Part shown: piece after piece, positions 20,543 through 30,673 of the stretch
Layout: each line of letters opens with the position of its first letter
Numbering within the stretch: position 1 is the stretch's first letter
From: Chitinophagaceae bacterium
GTDB taxonomy: Bacteria; Bacteroidota; Bacteroidia; Chitinophagales; Chitinophagaceae
Direction of reading: 5' to 3'
Length of the DNA stretch: 63,887 bases
Assembly (NCBI GenBank): GCA_031371915.1
Contig: JANMKG010000420.1
Span: 1 to 63,887, forward strand
Notes under the pieces: model-generated
Told to the model about the DNA's origin: nothing
Database searches by the model: none
What the model saw: the letters and a program-made list of their open reading frames with translations, nothing else
Position numbers and translations under genes: made by a program

Positions 20543-22339
20543 TTATTTTACAAACTCAAATCTATCCCCGTCAAACAACCCCAGATCACTCAATTTCAAA
20601 TGCGGTATCACCAGCAAAGCCATAAAGGAAAGTGTCATAAAAGGTGAGCCTAAAGTTGAGCCGGCTTCTTTTACCGCTTTATCGATCAGGGAATATTGTT
20701 CAGCTATCTTATATCCATCTTCATTGCTCATCAGCCCGGCCACTGGTAAAGGAACGATCATTTCAAGATCTTCTTTACAGAAACTAACACCACCCTTGTG
20801 TTCGATTACCAGGTTCACAGCCTTACAGATGCTTTCATCATCTACTCCCACGGCAACGATATTATGACTGTCATGGGCGACCGAAGAAGCGAGAGCTCCC
20901 TGTTTTAAGGTAAAATTCTTAATAAATGCTTTAGCAACCGGCGCATTGCTATAACGGTTTACCACGACGATCTTTAAAATATCTCTTTCGGTGTCACTCA
21001 CTATTTTTCCCTCCACAACTTTAGGTTCAAAGGAAAGCCGGTTAGTGATCAGCTGGCCGTCAAGGGCTTCGATAACAGCGAGTGGTGTTTGGCTAGTGGT
21101 TAGTGGGGTTTCAAAGTCTGAAACTTCTTTCTTCGTACAACTAAAATTATTTATTACAGAAGACCTGGGACTATGGATCAGGGACTTTCCATTCTCCGCT
21201 ACCAGTTGCCCATTAATATAAGTCTTCAGTACTTCAAATTTTTCCAGGTCCTTTACGATAATAAAATCAGCAGGATCTCCTTCCTTTAATAAACCTACAT
21301 CCAGTTTATAATGATTCACCGGGTTTATACAAGCTGCCCTTAAGACATTATATATATTGATACCTTTCTTCACCGCCCTTTCGCATAATTGATTGATATG
21401 TCCAAGCACCAGGCTGTCCGGGTGTTTGTCATCACTGCAAAACATCATTTGGCTGGGGTGATCATGCAACAGATCGATCAACGCTTCAAAATTCTTCGCG
21501 GCACTGCCTTCGCGGATAAGGATCTTCATCCCGTTTTGCAGTTTGTCGAAGGCTTCTTCTTTCGTAAAACATTCATGATCGGTGGAGATAACGGCCCCGA
21601 TGGTTGAAGGGAAAGCCCCCCTGCCCCCCGCTGGGGGGTTCTTAGAGTCTTCAAAGTTTAGAGAAACATTACTGGAACCGGAGTTTAAAGCCCCTCCTGC
21701 GGAGGGGTTTGGGGAGGCTTTCCCTTCGGGGGGTAGGGGGGCCTTGTATAAATGCGCATGGATATATTGTTTTGCCATTTTTCCTCTCAATCCCGGGGCA
21801 TGGCCATCTATAGGTTTGCCCAGCAGGAATGCTGCTTTTATTTTTTTCATTACTTCTTCATCCCCATTTAGCACACCTGGAAAATTCATCATCTCGCTCA
21901 GGTATTTGATCTCCTCCCGTTGTAATAATTTTTCTACAGCGGTTGAATCCAATACCGCTCCGGCTGTTTCAAACACCGTGGCCGGAACACAACTAGGCGC
22001 CCCGAAATTGAATTTGAAGGGAACGGTCTTCCCGTTTTCGATCATGAATTCTACCCCTTCCATCCCGCATACATTGGCGATCTCGTGCGGATCGCTTACG
22101 GTGGCTACCGTTCCATGTACAACTGCCAGCCGGGCAAACTCCGAAGGAACCAGCATGGAACTTTCGATATGGACATGGCTGTCGATAAAGCCGGGGAGGA
22201 TGTAGCCGCTGGGTGCTGGTTGTTGGTTGCTGGTTTCCTCAATTGATAATATCCTTCCATTCTCCACCTGTATTAATGCGGGATAGCTCTTTTGTCGTAT
22301 AATATCTACAAGGTTACCACTCACAGAAAAAGAAGCCAT
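20543..22339 (-). CDS. ade: Adenine deaminase with repeat-derived in-frame insertions
   Basis: [63 protein letters not shown]. Confidence 0.95.
   Translation of the reverse strand: MASFSVSGNLVDIIRQKSYPALIQVENGRILSIEETSNQQPAPSGYILPGFIDSHVHIESSMLVPSEFARLAVVHGTVATVSDPHEIANVCGMEGVEFMIENGKTVPFKFNFGAPSCVPATVFETAGAVLDSTAVEKLLQREEIKYLSEMMNFPGVLNGDEEVMKKIKAAFLLGKPIDGHAPGLRGKMAKQYIHAHLYKAPLPPEGKASPNPSAGGALNSGSSNVSLNFEDSKNPPAGGRGAFPSTIGAVISTDHECFTKEEAFDKLQNGMKILIREGSAAKNFEALIDLLHDHPSQMMFCSDDKHPDSLVLGHINQLCERAVKKGINIYNVLRAACINPVNHYKLDVGLLKEGDPADFIIVKDLEKFEVLKTYINGQLVAENGKSLIHSPRSSVINNFSCTKKEVSDFETPLTTSQTPLAVIEALDGQLITNRLSFEPKVVEGKIVSDTERDILKIVVVNRYSNAPVAKAFIKNFTLKQGALASSVAHDSHNIVAVGVDDESICKAVNLVIEHKGGVSFCKEDLEMIVPLPVAGLMSNEDGYKIAEQYSLIDKAVKEAGSTLGSPFMTLSFMALLVIPHLKLSDLGLFDGDRFEFVK
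21606..21743. repeat. Composite GC-rich palindromic (MITE/REP-like) element inserted in frame in ade
   Basis: Three hairpin units (21615-21638 inverted; 21690-21718; 21721-21742) and a nested inverted repeat GAAGGGAAAGCC/GGCTTTCCCTTC. Confidence 0.8.
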
Positions 22340-22446
22340 GATTTTTGATTTTGATAAAGATACAGAGCCTTCATCGTACCAAGTAAATCACTAACTTTCA
22401 ATCCCGGGTGATACCGGGTCATTTGTTCACCAACTACTACATTTTT

Positions 22447-25400
22447 ATGAGAAAGCTGATTTTCGGGCTTTTGGTCATTTCATTTTTACCAGCCATTGCG
22501 CAGAAGAATAAACCTGCTCCCCGTGTTTCCAACGACGATAACGATTCTATATTATTGTCTAAAACCAAATACAGGCTGGTCGGCCCCTGGAGGGGCGGTA
22601 GAAGCGGGGCCGTAACCGGTAGTTATAAAAACAAGAACACTTTTTATTTCGGGTCAACGGGTGGAGGAGTATGGAAGACCAGTGATGGCGGCAGCAACTG
22701 GAAGAATATTTCCGATAAATATTTCGGTGGCACGATCGGTGCTGTGGCCGTAGCTCCTTCGGATGAAAACATTTTATACGTTGGCGAAGGGGAAAATACC
22801 ATGCGGGGTAATGTCAGTGAAGGTCTTGGTGGCATGTGGCGGAGTGAGGATGGCGGCAGGACCTGGAAAAATATTGGGTTAAAAGACGGCCGTCATATCA
22901 TTCGTATTGTTATACATCCAAGAGATCCGAATACTTTATGGGTTGCGGTTATGGGACATTTGTTTGGACCCAGTGAAGAACGTGGCGTATATAAAACTAC
23001 GGATGGTGGCAAGACCTGGAAAAGAACTTTATATATCAATAATCAGACAGGTTGCAGTGACCTTGTGATGGAGCCCGGTAATCCCACAGTGCTGTATGCA
23101 GGAACGTGGCGGCTGATCCGTACACCCTACAGCATGGAAAGTGGGGGTGACGGAAGCGGGATTTGGAAAAGCCTCGACGGAGGTGATACCTGGACAAATA
23201 TTTCCAATAAAAAAGGACTTCCCAAAGGTGTATGGGGTATTGTTGGGGTCGCGGTAGCACCTTCCAACCCGGATAAGGTTTATGCCCTCGTTGAAAATGA
23301 AAAAGGAGGTATGTACCTGAGCAATGATGCGGGTGAAACCTGGACACTGACCAGTAGTGATAATAATATCCGTCAACGTGCCTGGTATTACAGCAAAGTG
23401 TTTGTAGATCCTAAGAATGAGAACAAGGTCTATTGCCCGAATGTTGGTTTTATGGTAAGTACAGATGGTGGCAAGACCTTCCGTGGTATGAATACCCCGC
23501 ATGGCGATCATCATGATCTCTGGATCGACCCGGAAGATGGTAACCGGATGATCGTGGCAGATGATGGTGGCGCACAAATTAGTTTTGACGCCGCCAATAA
23601 CTGGAGTACTTACATGAACCAGCCTACCGCGCAGTTTTACCGCGTATCAACAGATAATAGTTTTCCTTACCGGGTACTGGGAGCACAACAGGATAACAGT
23701 ACCGTCCGTATTAAAAGCAGGACCTATGGAAACGCGATCACCGAACAGGACTGGCAGGTGACAGCCGGCGCCGAGAGCGGTTACGTTGTAGCCGATCCTT
23801 TGAACCCCGAGATAGTTTATGGCGGTAATTATGGTGGTTATATTTCAAGGCTCGATCACAAAACTGGGGAGAACCGTGCCATCAGCGTTTGGCCTGATAA
23901 CCCCATGGGTGCCGGGGCAGATGTGTTGAAATATCGTTTCCAGTGGAATTTCCCGATCTTCTTTTCTCCGCATGATCCTAAAAAATTATATACAGCAGGG
24001 AATGCGCTTTTTGCCACGACCAATGAAGGAGCAAACTGGGAACAGATATCACCCGACCTTACTACGAACGATAAAACCAAACAGGCATCCAGTGGCGGAC
24101 CCATTACCAAGGACAATACATCCGTTGAATATTATTGTACCATTTTCACAGCTACCGAAAGCTGGGTAGAGAAAGACCTGCTCTGGACAGGAAGTGATGA
24201 TGGTATTATATCCGTAAGCAAAGACGGCGGGAAGAATTGGGAGAACGTAACGCCCAAAGATTGCCCGAAGTGGATGATGTGGAATTGCGTGGAAGTTGAT
24301 CCTTTCAAAAAAGGAGCAGCTTATTTTGTTGGTACAAGGTATAAAAGCGATGATTTCACTCCTTATATCTACAAAACGGAAGATTATGGTAAGTCCTGGA
24401 AACTGATTGTGAATGGAATTGACCGAACACATTTCACCCGTACCCTGCGGGCGGATCACAAACGCCCGGGTTTGCTATATGCAGGTACGGAATATGGGAT
24501 GTATATCAGTTATAACGATGGTGCCAACTGGAAAAAATTTCAATTGAACCTGCCCGTAGTACCCATTACCGATCTTACCATCAAAGACAATGATCTTATT
24601 GTCGCTACCCAGGGCCGCGCTTTCTGGATACTGGATGATTTGTCTTTATTGCAACAAGCCAATCCTGCCATAACATCAAAGAACCTGCATGCATTTGAGA
24701 TGGGCCCTGTATGGCGTATTGCCGGTAATTCATTTGCCGGGAACTTCGGATCGCCGCGCAATGCAGGAAGCAACCCGCCAAACGGGGCAGTTATTAATTA
24801 TTACGTAAAGGATATTAAAGACAGCACTAAAGCATCCGTCACCATTCTTGATAAAAACAGGAAAGAGATCCGCACTTATTCCACGGGAGCCAAAGAGGCG
24901 CGGGATAAAATGGAGATCAGTAAAGGCATGAACCAGTTTGCCTGGAACCTCCAATACCCCGAAGCAGACAGGATTGAAGGAATGATCCTATGGAACGGGG
25001 TGCCCGGAACGATCGTAGCGCCACCCGGCGATTATTTTTATAAACTAAAAGTGGGTACGGATTCAGCGGAAGGAAAATTTACCGTAAAAGCAGATCCGAA
25101 TTACAGCATCACCCAGGCCGAATACGATGACCAGTTTGATGTTCTCGTAAAAATAAAGGACAAGTTCAACGAAGTACAGCAGGGGATAAAAGATATCCGT
25201 GCATTGCGCACCCAGATCAATGATTTTACGGGTCGCCAGCAAAAGGATTCTATCAAAGAGATAAAAACACTGGCCGATAGTATCAACAAGCAGCTGACTA
25301 CTATCGAAGAAACACTTTACCAGACAAAAGCCAAAAGCGGGCAGGATGTGCTTAATTTTCCGATCCGCCTGAACGATAAGCTCAGCGGTCTGTTTGACGC

Positions 25401-25587
25401 GGCGAACAGCGGGAATATGGCTCCCAGCAAACAGGTAAGGGAAGTCTTCGCGGACCTTTCCAAACAAAGCGATGAACAGCTCGCTAAATTAAAGAAGATC
25501 AAAGAAGAGGATGTGGCAAAACTGAACGAGCTGATCAGGCAGAAAGCTGTGCCGGTGATCGGGTTGAAAAAAGAGACAAAGGAGTAG
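22447..25587 (+). CDS. Secreted BNR/Asp-box (VPS10-like) beta-propeller glycosyl hydrolase-like protein
   Basis: Signal peptide; GPWRGGRS; many (S/T)xDGGxTW Asp-boxes; PHGDHHDLWIDP. ATG at 22447. Confidence 0.88.
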   Translation: MRKLIFGLLVISFLPAIAQKNKPAPRVSNDDNDSILLSKTKYRLVGPWRGGRSGAVTGSYKNKNTFYFGSTGGGVWKTSDGGSNWKNISDKYFGGTIGAVAVAPSDENILYVGEGENTMRGNVSEGLGGMWRSEDGGRTWKNIGLKDGRHIIRIVIHPRDPNTLWVAVMGHLFGPSEERGVYKTTDGGKTWKRTLYINNQTGCSDLVMEPGNPTVLYAGTWRLIRTPYSMESGGDGSGIWKSLDGGDTWTNISNKKGLPKGVWGIVGVAVAPSNPDKVYALVENEKGGMYLSNDAGETWTLTSSDNNIRQRAWYYSKVFVDPKNENKVYCPNVGFMVSTDGGKTFRGMNTPHGDHHDLWIDPEDGNRMIVADDGGAQISFDAANNWSTYMNQPTAQFYRVSTDNSFPYRVLGAQQDNSTVRIKSRTYGNAITEQDWQVTAGAESGYVVADPLNPEIVYGGNYGGYISRLDHKTGENRAISVWPDNPMGAGADVLKYRFQWNFPIFFSPHDPKKLYTAGNALFATTNEGANWEQISPDLTTNDKTKQASSGGPITKDNTSVEYYCTIFTATESWVEKDLLWTGSDDGIISVSKDGGKNWENVTPKDCPKWMMWNCVEVDPFKKGAAYFVGTRYKSDDFTPYIYKTEDYGKSWKLIVNGIDRTHFTRTLRADHKRPGLLYAGTEYGMYISYNDGANWKKFQLNLPVVPITDLTIKDNDLIVATQGRAFWILDDLSLLQQANPAITSKNLHAFEMGPVWRIAGNSFAGNFGSPRNAGSNPPNGAVINYYVKDIKDSTKASVTILDKNRKEIRTYSTGAKEARDKMEISKGMNQFAWNLQYPEADRIEGMILWNGVPGTIVAPPGDYFYKLKVGTDSAEGKFTVKADPNYSITQAEYDDQFDVLVKIKDKFNEVQQGIKDIRALRTQINDFTGRQQKDSIKEIKTLADSINKQLTTIEETLYQTKAKSGQDVLNFPIRLNDKLSGLFDAANSGNMAPSKQVREVFADLSKQSDEQLAKLKKIKEEDVAKLNELIRQKAVPVIGLKKETKE

Positions 25588-25683
25588 GTACAACACAGAG
25601 GCACCGAGTAACAGAGACACACAGAGGAAGGATTACTAAAAAGCCCTGTGTACCTCTGTGCCTTTGTATCTCTGTGTTGTACC
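25587..25683. repeat. CACAGAG-family inverted-repeat element between convergent genes
   Basis: GGTACAACACAGAGGCACCGAGTAACAGAG ... CTCTGTGCCTTTGTATCTCTGTGTTGTACC; 14-bp perfect terminal inverted repeat. Confidence 0.8.
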
Positions 25684-25694
25684 TCTTTTTCTTA

Positions 25695-26741
25695 CTAAGT
25701 AAGATCGATTTTTTTAGTACGCTCCTTCATCAGGGCGATCGCTTCTTCTTTACTGGAGAAAGCATTGTCAATATTTACCAGGTTATCCGCCAGCTTATCA
25801 TAGCGTTTTGTCATCAGGTAAATAAAGATGTGGAGATAATGTATTCCATCAAAGATCAATGCTTTTTTAGCAGCGAACTCGGGTTTCAACTTTAAGAACT
25901 CCCCGGGTATTTCGGTATAGTGCATGGCTGGCCGGAGATGATGTACCGTATGGTAACCATCATTCCAGCACATTTTATTATACTTTGTATTGATGCAATT
26001 AATAGCGCTTGTAAAATTATCCTCGGGATCTCTTTTATCAATAAAAGAATGCTGCGCCCAGTTACCCAGCATCATCACGACACGGGCAAACACAAAGGGT
26101 ATGATAAAGATGAAAAGAGTGGCCTTGAAATTCACAAAACTCATCCCCACGCAGAAAAGATAAAAAGATATTTCCCCGTAGGTGAGACGCATGTACAATT
26201 TTTTCCTTTTCCGGCTGAAGAGGTACATGAAGGTATCCCTGAAGCCCAGTAAAAGAAACCGGCCCACGTATTTTAAGAAGTCAACAAGACTGTCTCTTTT
26301 ATAAGCCAATGTACTGCTCGCATCTTCCGGCATATTGTTCTCTACGTGGTGCATAGCCATATGATGAACAAAATAGGTTTCGGGGGTATGGCCAAAAAAA
26401 GGGCAAACAAACCAGATGATATAATCATAGATCCAGGTCTTTCCCTTTTTAAAAGGTTTCCGGTGACTGATACAATGGAGCATCAACCCGAAACGACCTT
26501 TGAAATACATCTGGGAAACGTAGAAGTAAGGAACATACAGGATCCACCAGTACCAGCCAGTAAGCACAGGTGTATAAAGAAAGATGGCCACCGGGATTAC
26601 CAGGATATGGATAGCGGTCAGTAAATGAATAAAGGGAAGATCTCTTTTATCATTGAGGTATTTCAGCCAGAACTTTTCATAGCGGCTGAATTCTTTGGGT
26701 TCTACGTATACAGGGTCTGTAAGTGCTGTGAGTGACTTCAT
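25695..26741 (-). CDS. Membrane fatty acid desaturase family protein
   Basis: His boxes HCISH, HHMAMHH, QH and YHTVHH; several TMs. Confidence 0.88.
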   Translation of the reverse strand: MKSLTALTDPVYVEPKEFSRYEKFWLKYLNDKRDLPFIHLLTAIHILVIPVAIFLYTPVLTGWYWWILYVPYFYVSQMYFKGRFGLMLHCISHRKPFKKGKTWIYDYIIWFVCPFFGHTPETYFVHHMAMHHVENNMPEDASSTLAYKRDSLVDFLKYVGRFLLLGFRDTFMYLFSRKRKKLYMRLTYGEISFYLFCVGMSFVNFKATLFIFIIPFVFARVVMMLGNWAQHSFIDKRDPEDNFTSAINCINTKYNKMCWNDGYHTVHHLRPAMHYTEIPGEFLKLKPEFAAKKALIFDGIHYLHIFIYLMTKRYDKLADNLVNIDNAFSSKEEAIALMKERTKKIDLT

Positions 26742-27189
26742 TCCGGTTAAATAATGCTTTGGGGTGATCCTGCGTTCACCAGTTGAAATCTAGTCCGTTG
26801 GTTTCCAGGGAAAACGGTTGGTCGCAGGGGTATAAAATTACGGCATTCCCGGGAATGTGGGCTATTTCTTTAGGACTGTGATAGCTATCCGGCGATTGTA
26901 GTAGGATAAGATAAACAAACAAGAGCCGGGACGGCCCGTAACCAACCCATCATTTAATAAGTTAAATATGTTTTGTAATCCGGAATCTATCCGTCTTTGA
27001 TTCACGTAGCTATAAACCTGGCCGCTATTTTCCTTTATCCTTCCGACAAACCAAGGCTCTCCGGCGCCACATCCTACCTTATTTAATTTACCTGTACGCA
27101 GTGATTTAATTAACCAATCAATAGAACCAACAGGCTTCATCATGGATGGGGTCATAGCATTTTTCTTCACCTTTTAAACAAAACGATTT

Positions 27190-29316
27190 ATGAAAAAAAA
27201 GATCTATGCATCAGTTCTGTTGATGGCTATGCTGGGTAATCTCTTCCCCTTTGCAGCATTTGCTTCCAGCCACCGGGAAGCGCCGCTTATCTCCAATGAT
27301 CCGCTTGCAGACAATACCGATTTGTATGCTTTCCGGAGTCCTGACGATCCCAACAAAGTGACCATCATTGCCTGTTATGTCCCCGGCCAATTGCCGCAGG
27401 GCGGTCCAAATTATTATTCTTTCGGTGATAATGTACGCTACGAGATACACGTGGACAACAACCTGGCAACTAGCGGTGATGATATCACCTACAGGTTCAC
27501 GTTCAATCAAACGAATGAAGACCCGACAACTTTTTTTAATATCCGCTTGGGAAAACAAAACCTGAAAACCACTTACACCCTGGAAAGAAGTATGGATGGT
27601 GGAAAAAAGTTTAGTACGATCGTGAGTAATGGAACTGTGCCGCCACCCAATATCGGCCCCCGTTCTATCAGCTCGCCTGTAGGACTGAATGCCCCGAATT
27701 ATGATGCCCTCATACAAAGCTCGATTAAAACTGCGGCCACAGGGGAGAAAGTATTTTGTGGTACTTCGGATGATCCCTTCTTTGTTGACCTGGGCGGGAT
27801 CTTTGACCTGGGTGATGCTCCCCGTACTACTGGTACGCAATCGGTGGATGGATTGAAATGCCTGAATGTATCAACCATAGCGCTGCAGGTGGATATCGCT
27901 ACTTTACAGAAAGATCATAAACCTGTATCCCAGGCAGCCAACATCCTTGATCCCAATTACGTAGTCGGTATCTGGGCTTCCGCCAGCCGCCAGAAAATAA
28001 GCGTATTAAAAGATTATAAGGATTACGAGAACAATAATAATGGAACAGCGAACAGCGGTCCCTGGGTACAGGTCTCCCGTCTTGGTATGCCTTTGACCAA
28101 TGAAGCGATTGTGCCGATTGGTATGAAAGATTACTGGAATTCGCTGACCCCATACCAGGACCTGTCAAAATTGAATGTGTTTGGAAAATATTTTTATAAT
28201 CCTGAACTGGGGCTTTATATGGATGATGCTTTATTTGGAACAGCTGTTCCCGCTTTAAAACCGCTCCGGATACAAAAGAATTCACTCGCCTGTGCGTTTG
28301 GCGGAACGGGATTTGGTTTTGGCAATGGACAAAACGGTCTCTATGGGTTAAAAGGAAACCCTGCATTGGCAGGTGGTGCACTTGATGATGCTGTTTTTGG
28401 CAATCTCCTGTTACCTGCAGCTAATTCACCCCGTTCAGTTGATCTTTGGCCCATTTTTAATACCGGTGTACCCAATTTAAAACCTTACCAGTTAGCCACA
28501 GGAAAAAATGGCAATCCCCTGGCTTCAGGAAAACCGTTCATTAATAATTTCCTGCCGAATGGCGGTGATATGCTGAGGCTGAATATGGCAGTACCTGTTA
28601 CGCCACGGAATGATCCTAAGTTCAGTAACCTCGGTTTGATCCAGGCCGCGGTGCTCGGCTTAACAGATCCTGCATACAATGCAAATTCCTCCCTGCAAAA
28701 CATCCCGAACATGGATGGTTTTCCAAATGGACGAAGACTGGAAGATGACGTTGTGCGGATAGAATTGCAGGCAGCCAGCGGACTTGTTTTAGCAGCGATC
28801 GGTTTATGGTATGATGATTACAATTGCGCAGGTAGTCCTGTTACCCCGGATCTGCTGGGAGTATATTCTTATACTGCAGGTGTTACCACTAATGACGCTC
28901 CCTTGAAAACCTCGTTCCCTTATGTGGCATCCCCATGGGCCGGCACGCATAATTGTGATTGTAATACCAGCAATAGTCCACAAGGTAAAAGTCCTGGGAT
29001 CTCTGGTTCTGTTCCTGCAATAAAAGCACCCGTTATCGACCTTGGTCTATCCTCAAAGGAGATAAACCTTTCGGCCTATCCCAATCCAAGTGATGGTAAC
29101 AGCACGATCAAATACAGTGTTGACGCGAGCGCGAATGTCAAAATTGTTGTCTATGATATGCAAGGAAAGATGATCCAGGTACTTTCGGATAAAAAACAGG
29201 AACCGGGCGTTTATACGCTTACTTGGAACAACAGCGGCCTGGCAAAAGGTGTTTATGCCGTTACTGCTTCTAAGAATGGAGTAACAAAACAGGTAATTAA
29301 AATTGTAAGGAATTAA
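27190..29316 (+). CDS. DUF4331 protein with a C-terminal T9SS sorting domain
   Basis: SSHREAP, DNTDLYAF, DDPFFVDL, QVSRLGMPL, GFPNGRRL.DD; tail AYPNP...YDMQGK...GVY...KIV. Confidence 0.88.
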   Translation: MKKKIYASVLLMAMLGNLFPFAAFASSHREAPLISNDPLADNTDLYAFRSPDDPNKVTIIACYVPGQLPQGGPNYYSFGDNVRYEIHVDNNLATSGDDITYRFTFNQTNEDPTTFFNIRLGKQNLKTTYTLERSMDGGKKFSTIVSNGTVPPPNIGPRSISSPVGLNAPNYDALIQSSIKTAATGEKVFCGTSDDPFFVDLGGIFDLGDAPRTTGTQSVDGLKCLNVSTIALQVDIATLQKDHKPVSQAANILDPNYVVGIWASASRQKISVLKDYKDYENNNNGTANSGPWVQVSRLGMPLTNEAIVPIGMKDYWNSLTPYQDLSKLNVFGKYFYNPELGLYMDDALFGTAVPALKPLRIQKNSLACAFGGTGFGFGNGQNGLYGLKGNPALAGGALDDAVFGNLLLPAANSPRSVDLWPIFNTGVPNLKPYQLATGKNGNPLASGKPFINNFLPNGGDMLRLNMAVPVTPRNDPKFSNLGLIQAAVLGLTDPAYNANSSLQNIPNMDGFPNGRRLEDDVVRIELQAASGLVLAAIGLWYDDYNCAGSPVTPDLLGVYSYTAGVTTNDAPLKTSFPYVASPWAGTHNCDCNTSNSPQGKSPGISGSVPAIKAPVIDLGLSSKEINLSAYPNPSDGNSTIKYSVDASANVKIVVYDMQGKMIQVLSDKKQEPGVYTLTWNNSGLAKGVYAVTASKNGVTKQVIKIVRN

Positions 29317-29326
29317 TGATTTACAC

Positions 29327-29362
29327 AATAACAGGTCTGTAGTTGTTTGCAGACCTGTTATT
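29327..29362 (+). other. Intercistronic hairpin, 13-bp stem
   Basis: AATAACAGGTCTG-N10-CAGACCTGTTATT; no long U tract. Confidence 0.6.
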
Positions 29363-29369
29363 ATAACCA

Positions 29370-30665
29370 ATGAACTTAAACTTCTGGAATATGAAAAGCA
29401 GGTCCTTTTATATTGTAATGCTCCCGTTGGTGATGATCATTTCCGCATTTATCATCATAAAAAAAAGTGCAACGGGAACTACGAATAAAACAGCAGTGTA
29501 TCAATTGCTTCCCCGCAAAGTTTCCCTTATCTATCCTGTGGAATGGGAGACTGCCAAAAAATCGGCAGCAGACCTGGCGGCTAAAATAAAAAGAAATCCT
29601 GCTGATACAAAATCACTGGCAGGTTTAGCAACGCTATATATCCAGGAAGGACGCATTACGGGAAACTTTACTTATTATAATAAAGCAGCCCTTCAACTGG
29701 TGGATGAAATGTTGAAGGCCGACCCCAATAATTTTGAGGCACTAACCTTAAAAGCTACTATCCTATTATCAGAACACCAGTTTGAAGAAGGAAAAGAGAT
29801 AGCGGAGCAGGCCCTCCGGTTGTTTCCTCAAAACGCTTATGTGTATGGATTGCTGGTAGACGCGAATGTAGAACTTGGCTATTACGATGCGGCATTGGAT
29901 GCAGCGGACAAAATGATATCGATCCGTCCCGATCTCCGTTCTTATTCACGTGTAGCTTACCTCCGTGAAATATACGGGGATATTCCGGGTGCTATTGAAG
30001 CGATGAAAATGGCGGTGGACGCCGGGTCGCCGGGTGATGAAAATACAGAATGGTGCCGTGTGCAGCTGGCAAAATTGTACCTGCAAACCGGCAATTTGCC
30101 GGAGGCTAAAATGTATTTCACCATGGCCTCCGATAACCGGAAAAATTATGCGTTTGCCCTGGCGGGTCTGGCAAGTATAGCCAGCGAGGAAGGGGATTAT
30201 TCCCGGGCCCTTCTTTTATACATGCAGGCAGATTCACTGATCGCTGACCGGGTTTTTAAAGAAGGCATAGCGGAAACCTATAAACTGGCAGGCCAGGAAG
30301 AAGCGGCAAAAAAAATTACTGATGAAATGGAGAAAACCTATCCGGCATTTGGCATCTCTGATAAAGCAGTTTTATATGCTAAAAAAGAATATGAACGCAG
30401 ACCACTAAATACCGGGGTAAACGAATCCCTCGCGATCATCTATTACCAGAGGGGTGAGTATGATAAAGCCTTACCATATATTGAAACGGCTTTAAAAACA
30501 AAATGTAAAAACCCCGAACTACTGTGTTACGCCGGGCTGATCTATGGAAAGACGGGTGATAAAGTAAACGCTAAATTATTTTTACAGCAGGCATTGAAGG
30601 ATAATCCTGTTATTTCTCAAAAACTGAAGAAGGAAAGCAGGCAGTTCCTTATGTCTTTAACGTAA
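29370..30665 (+). CDS. Membrane-anchored TPR protein (DUF4331 partner)
   Basis: N-terminal TM; TPRs; RPDLRSYSR.AYLRE..GD..GAI motif. Start could be 29391. Confidence 0.82.
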   Translation: MNLNFWNMKSRSFYIVMLPLVMIISAFIIIKKSATGTTNKTAVYQLLPRKVSLIYPVEWETAKKSAADLAAKIKRNPADTKSLAGLATLYIQEGRITGNFTYYNKAALQLVDEMLKADPNNFEALTLKATILLSEHQFEEGKEIAEQALRLFPQNAYVYGLLVDANVELGYYDAALDAADKMISIRPDLRSYSRVAYLREIYGDIPGAIEAMKMAVDAGSPGDENTEWCRVQLAKLYLQTGNLPEAKMYFTMASDNRKNYAFALAGLASIASEEGDYSRALLLYMQADSLIADRVFKEGIAETYKLAGQEEAAKKITDEMEKTYPAFGISDKAVLYAKKEYERRPLNTGVNESLAIIYYQRGEYDKALPYIETALKTKCKNPELLCYAGLIYGKTGDKVNAKLFLQQALKDNPVISQKLKKESRQFLMSLT

Positions 30666-30673
30666 AGCAAGTT

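Noticed and set aside
21582-22205. 207-aa ORF antisense to ade, and similar shadow ORFs elsewhere (for example 19314..19802, 27211..27840, 39257..39799, 59713..60279)
   Set aside because: They overlap well-supported genes and carry no recognisable motifs.
26970-27100. ECF-sigma promoter (ATCC...CGTA) upstream of DUF4331
   Set aside because: Spacing is inconsistent between the candidate copies.
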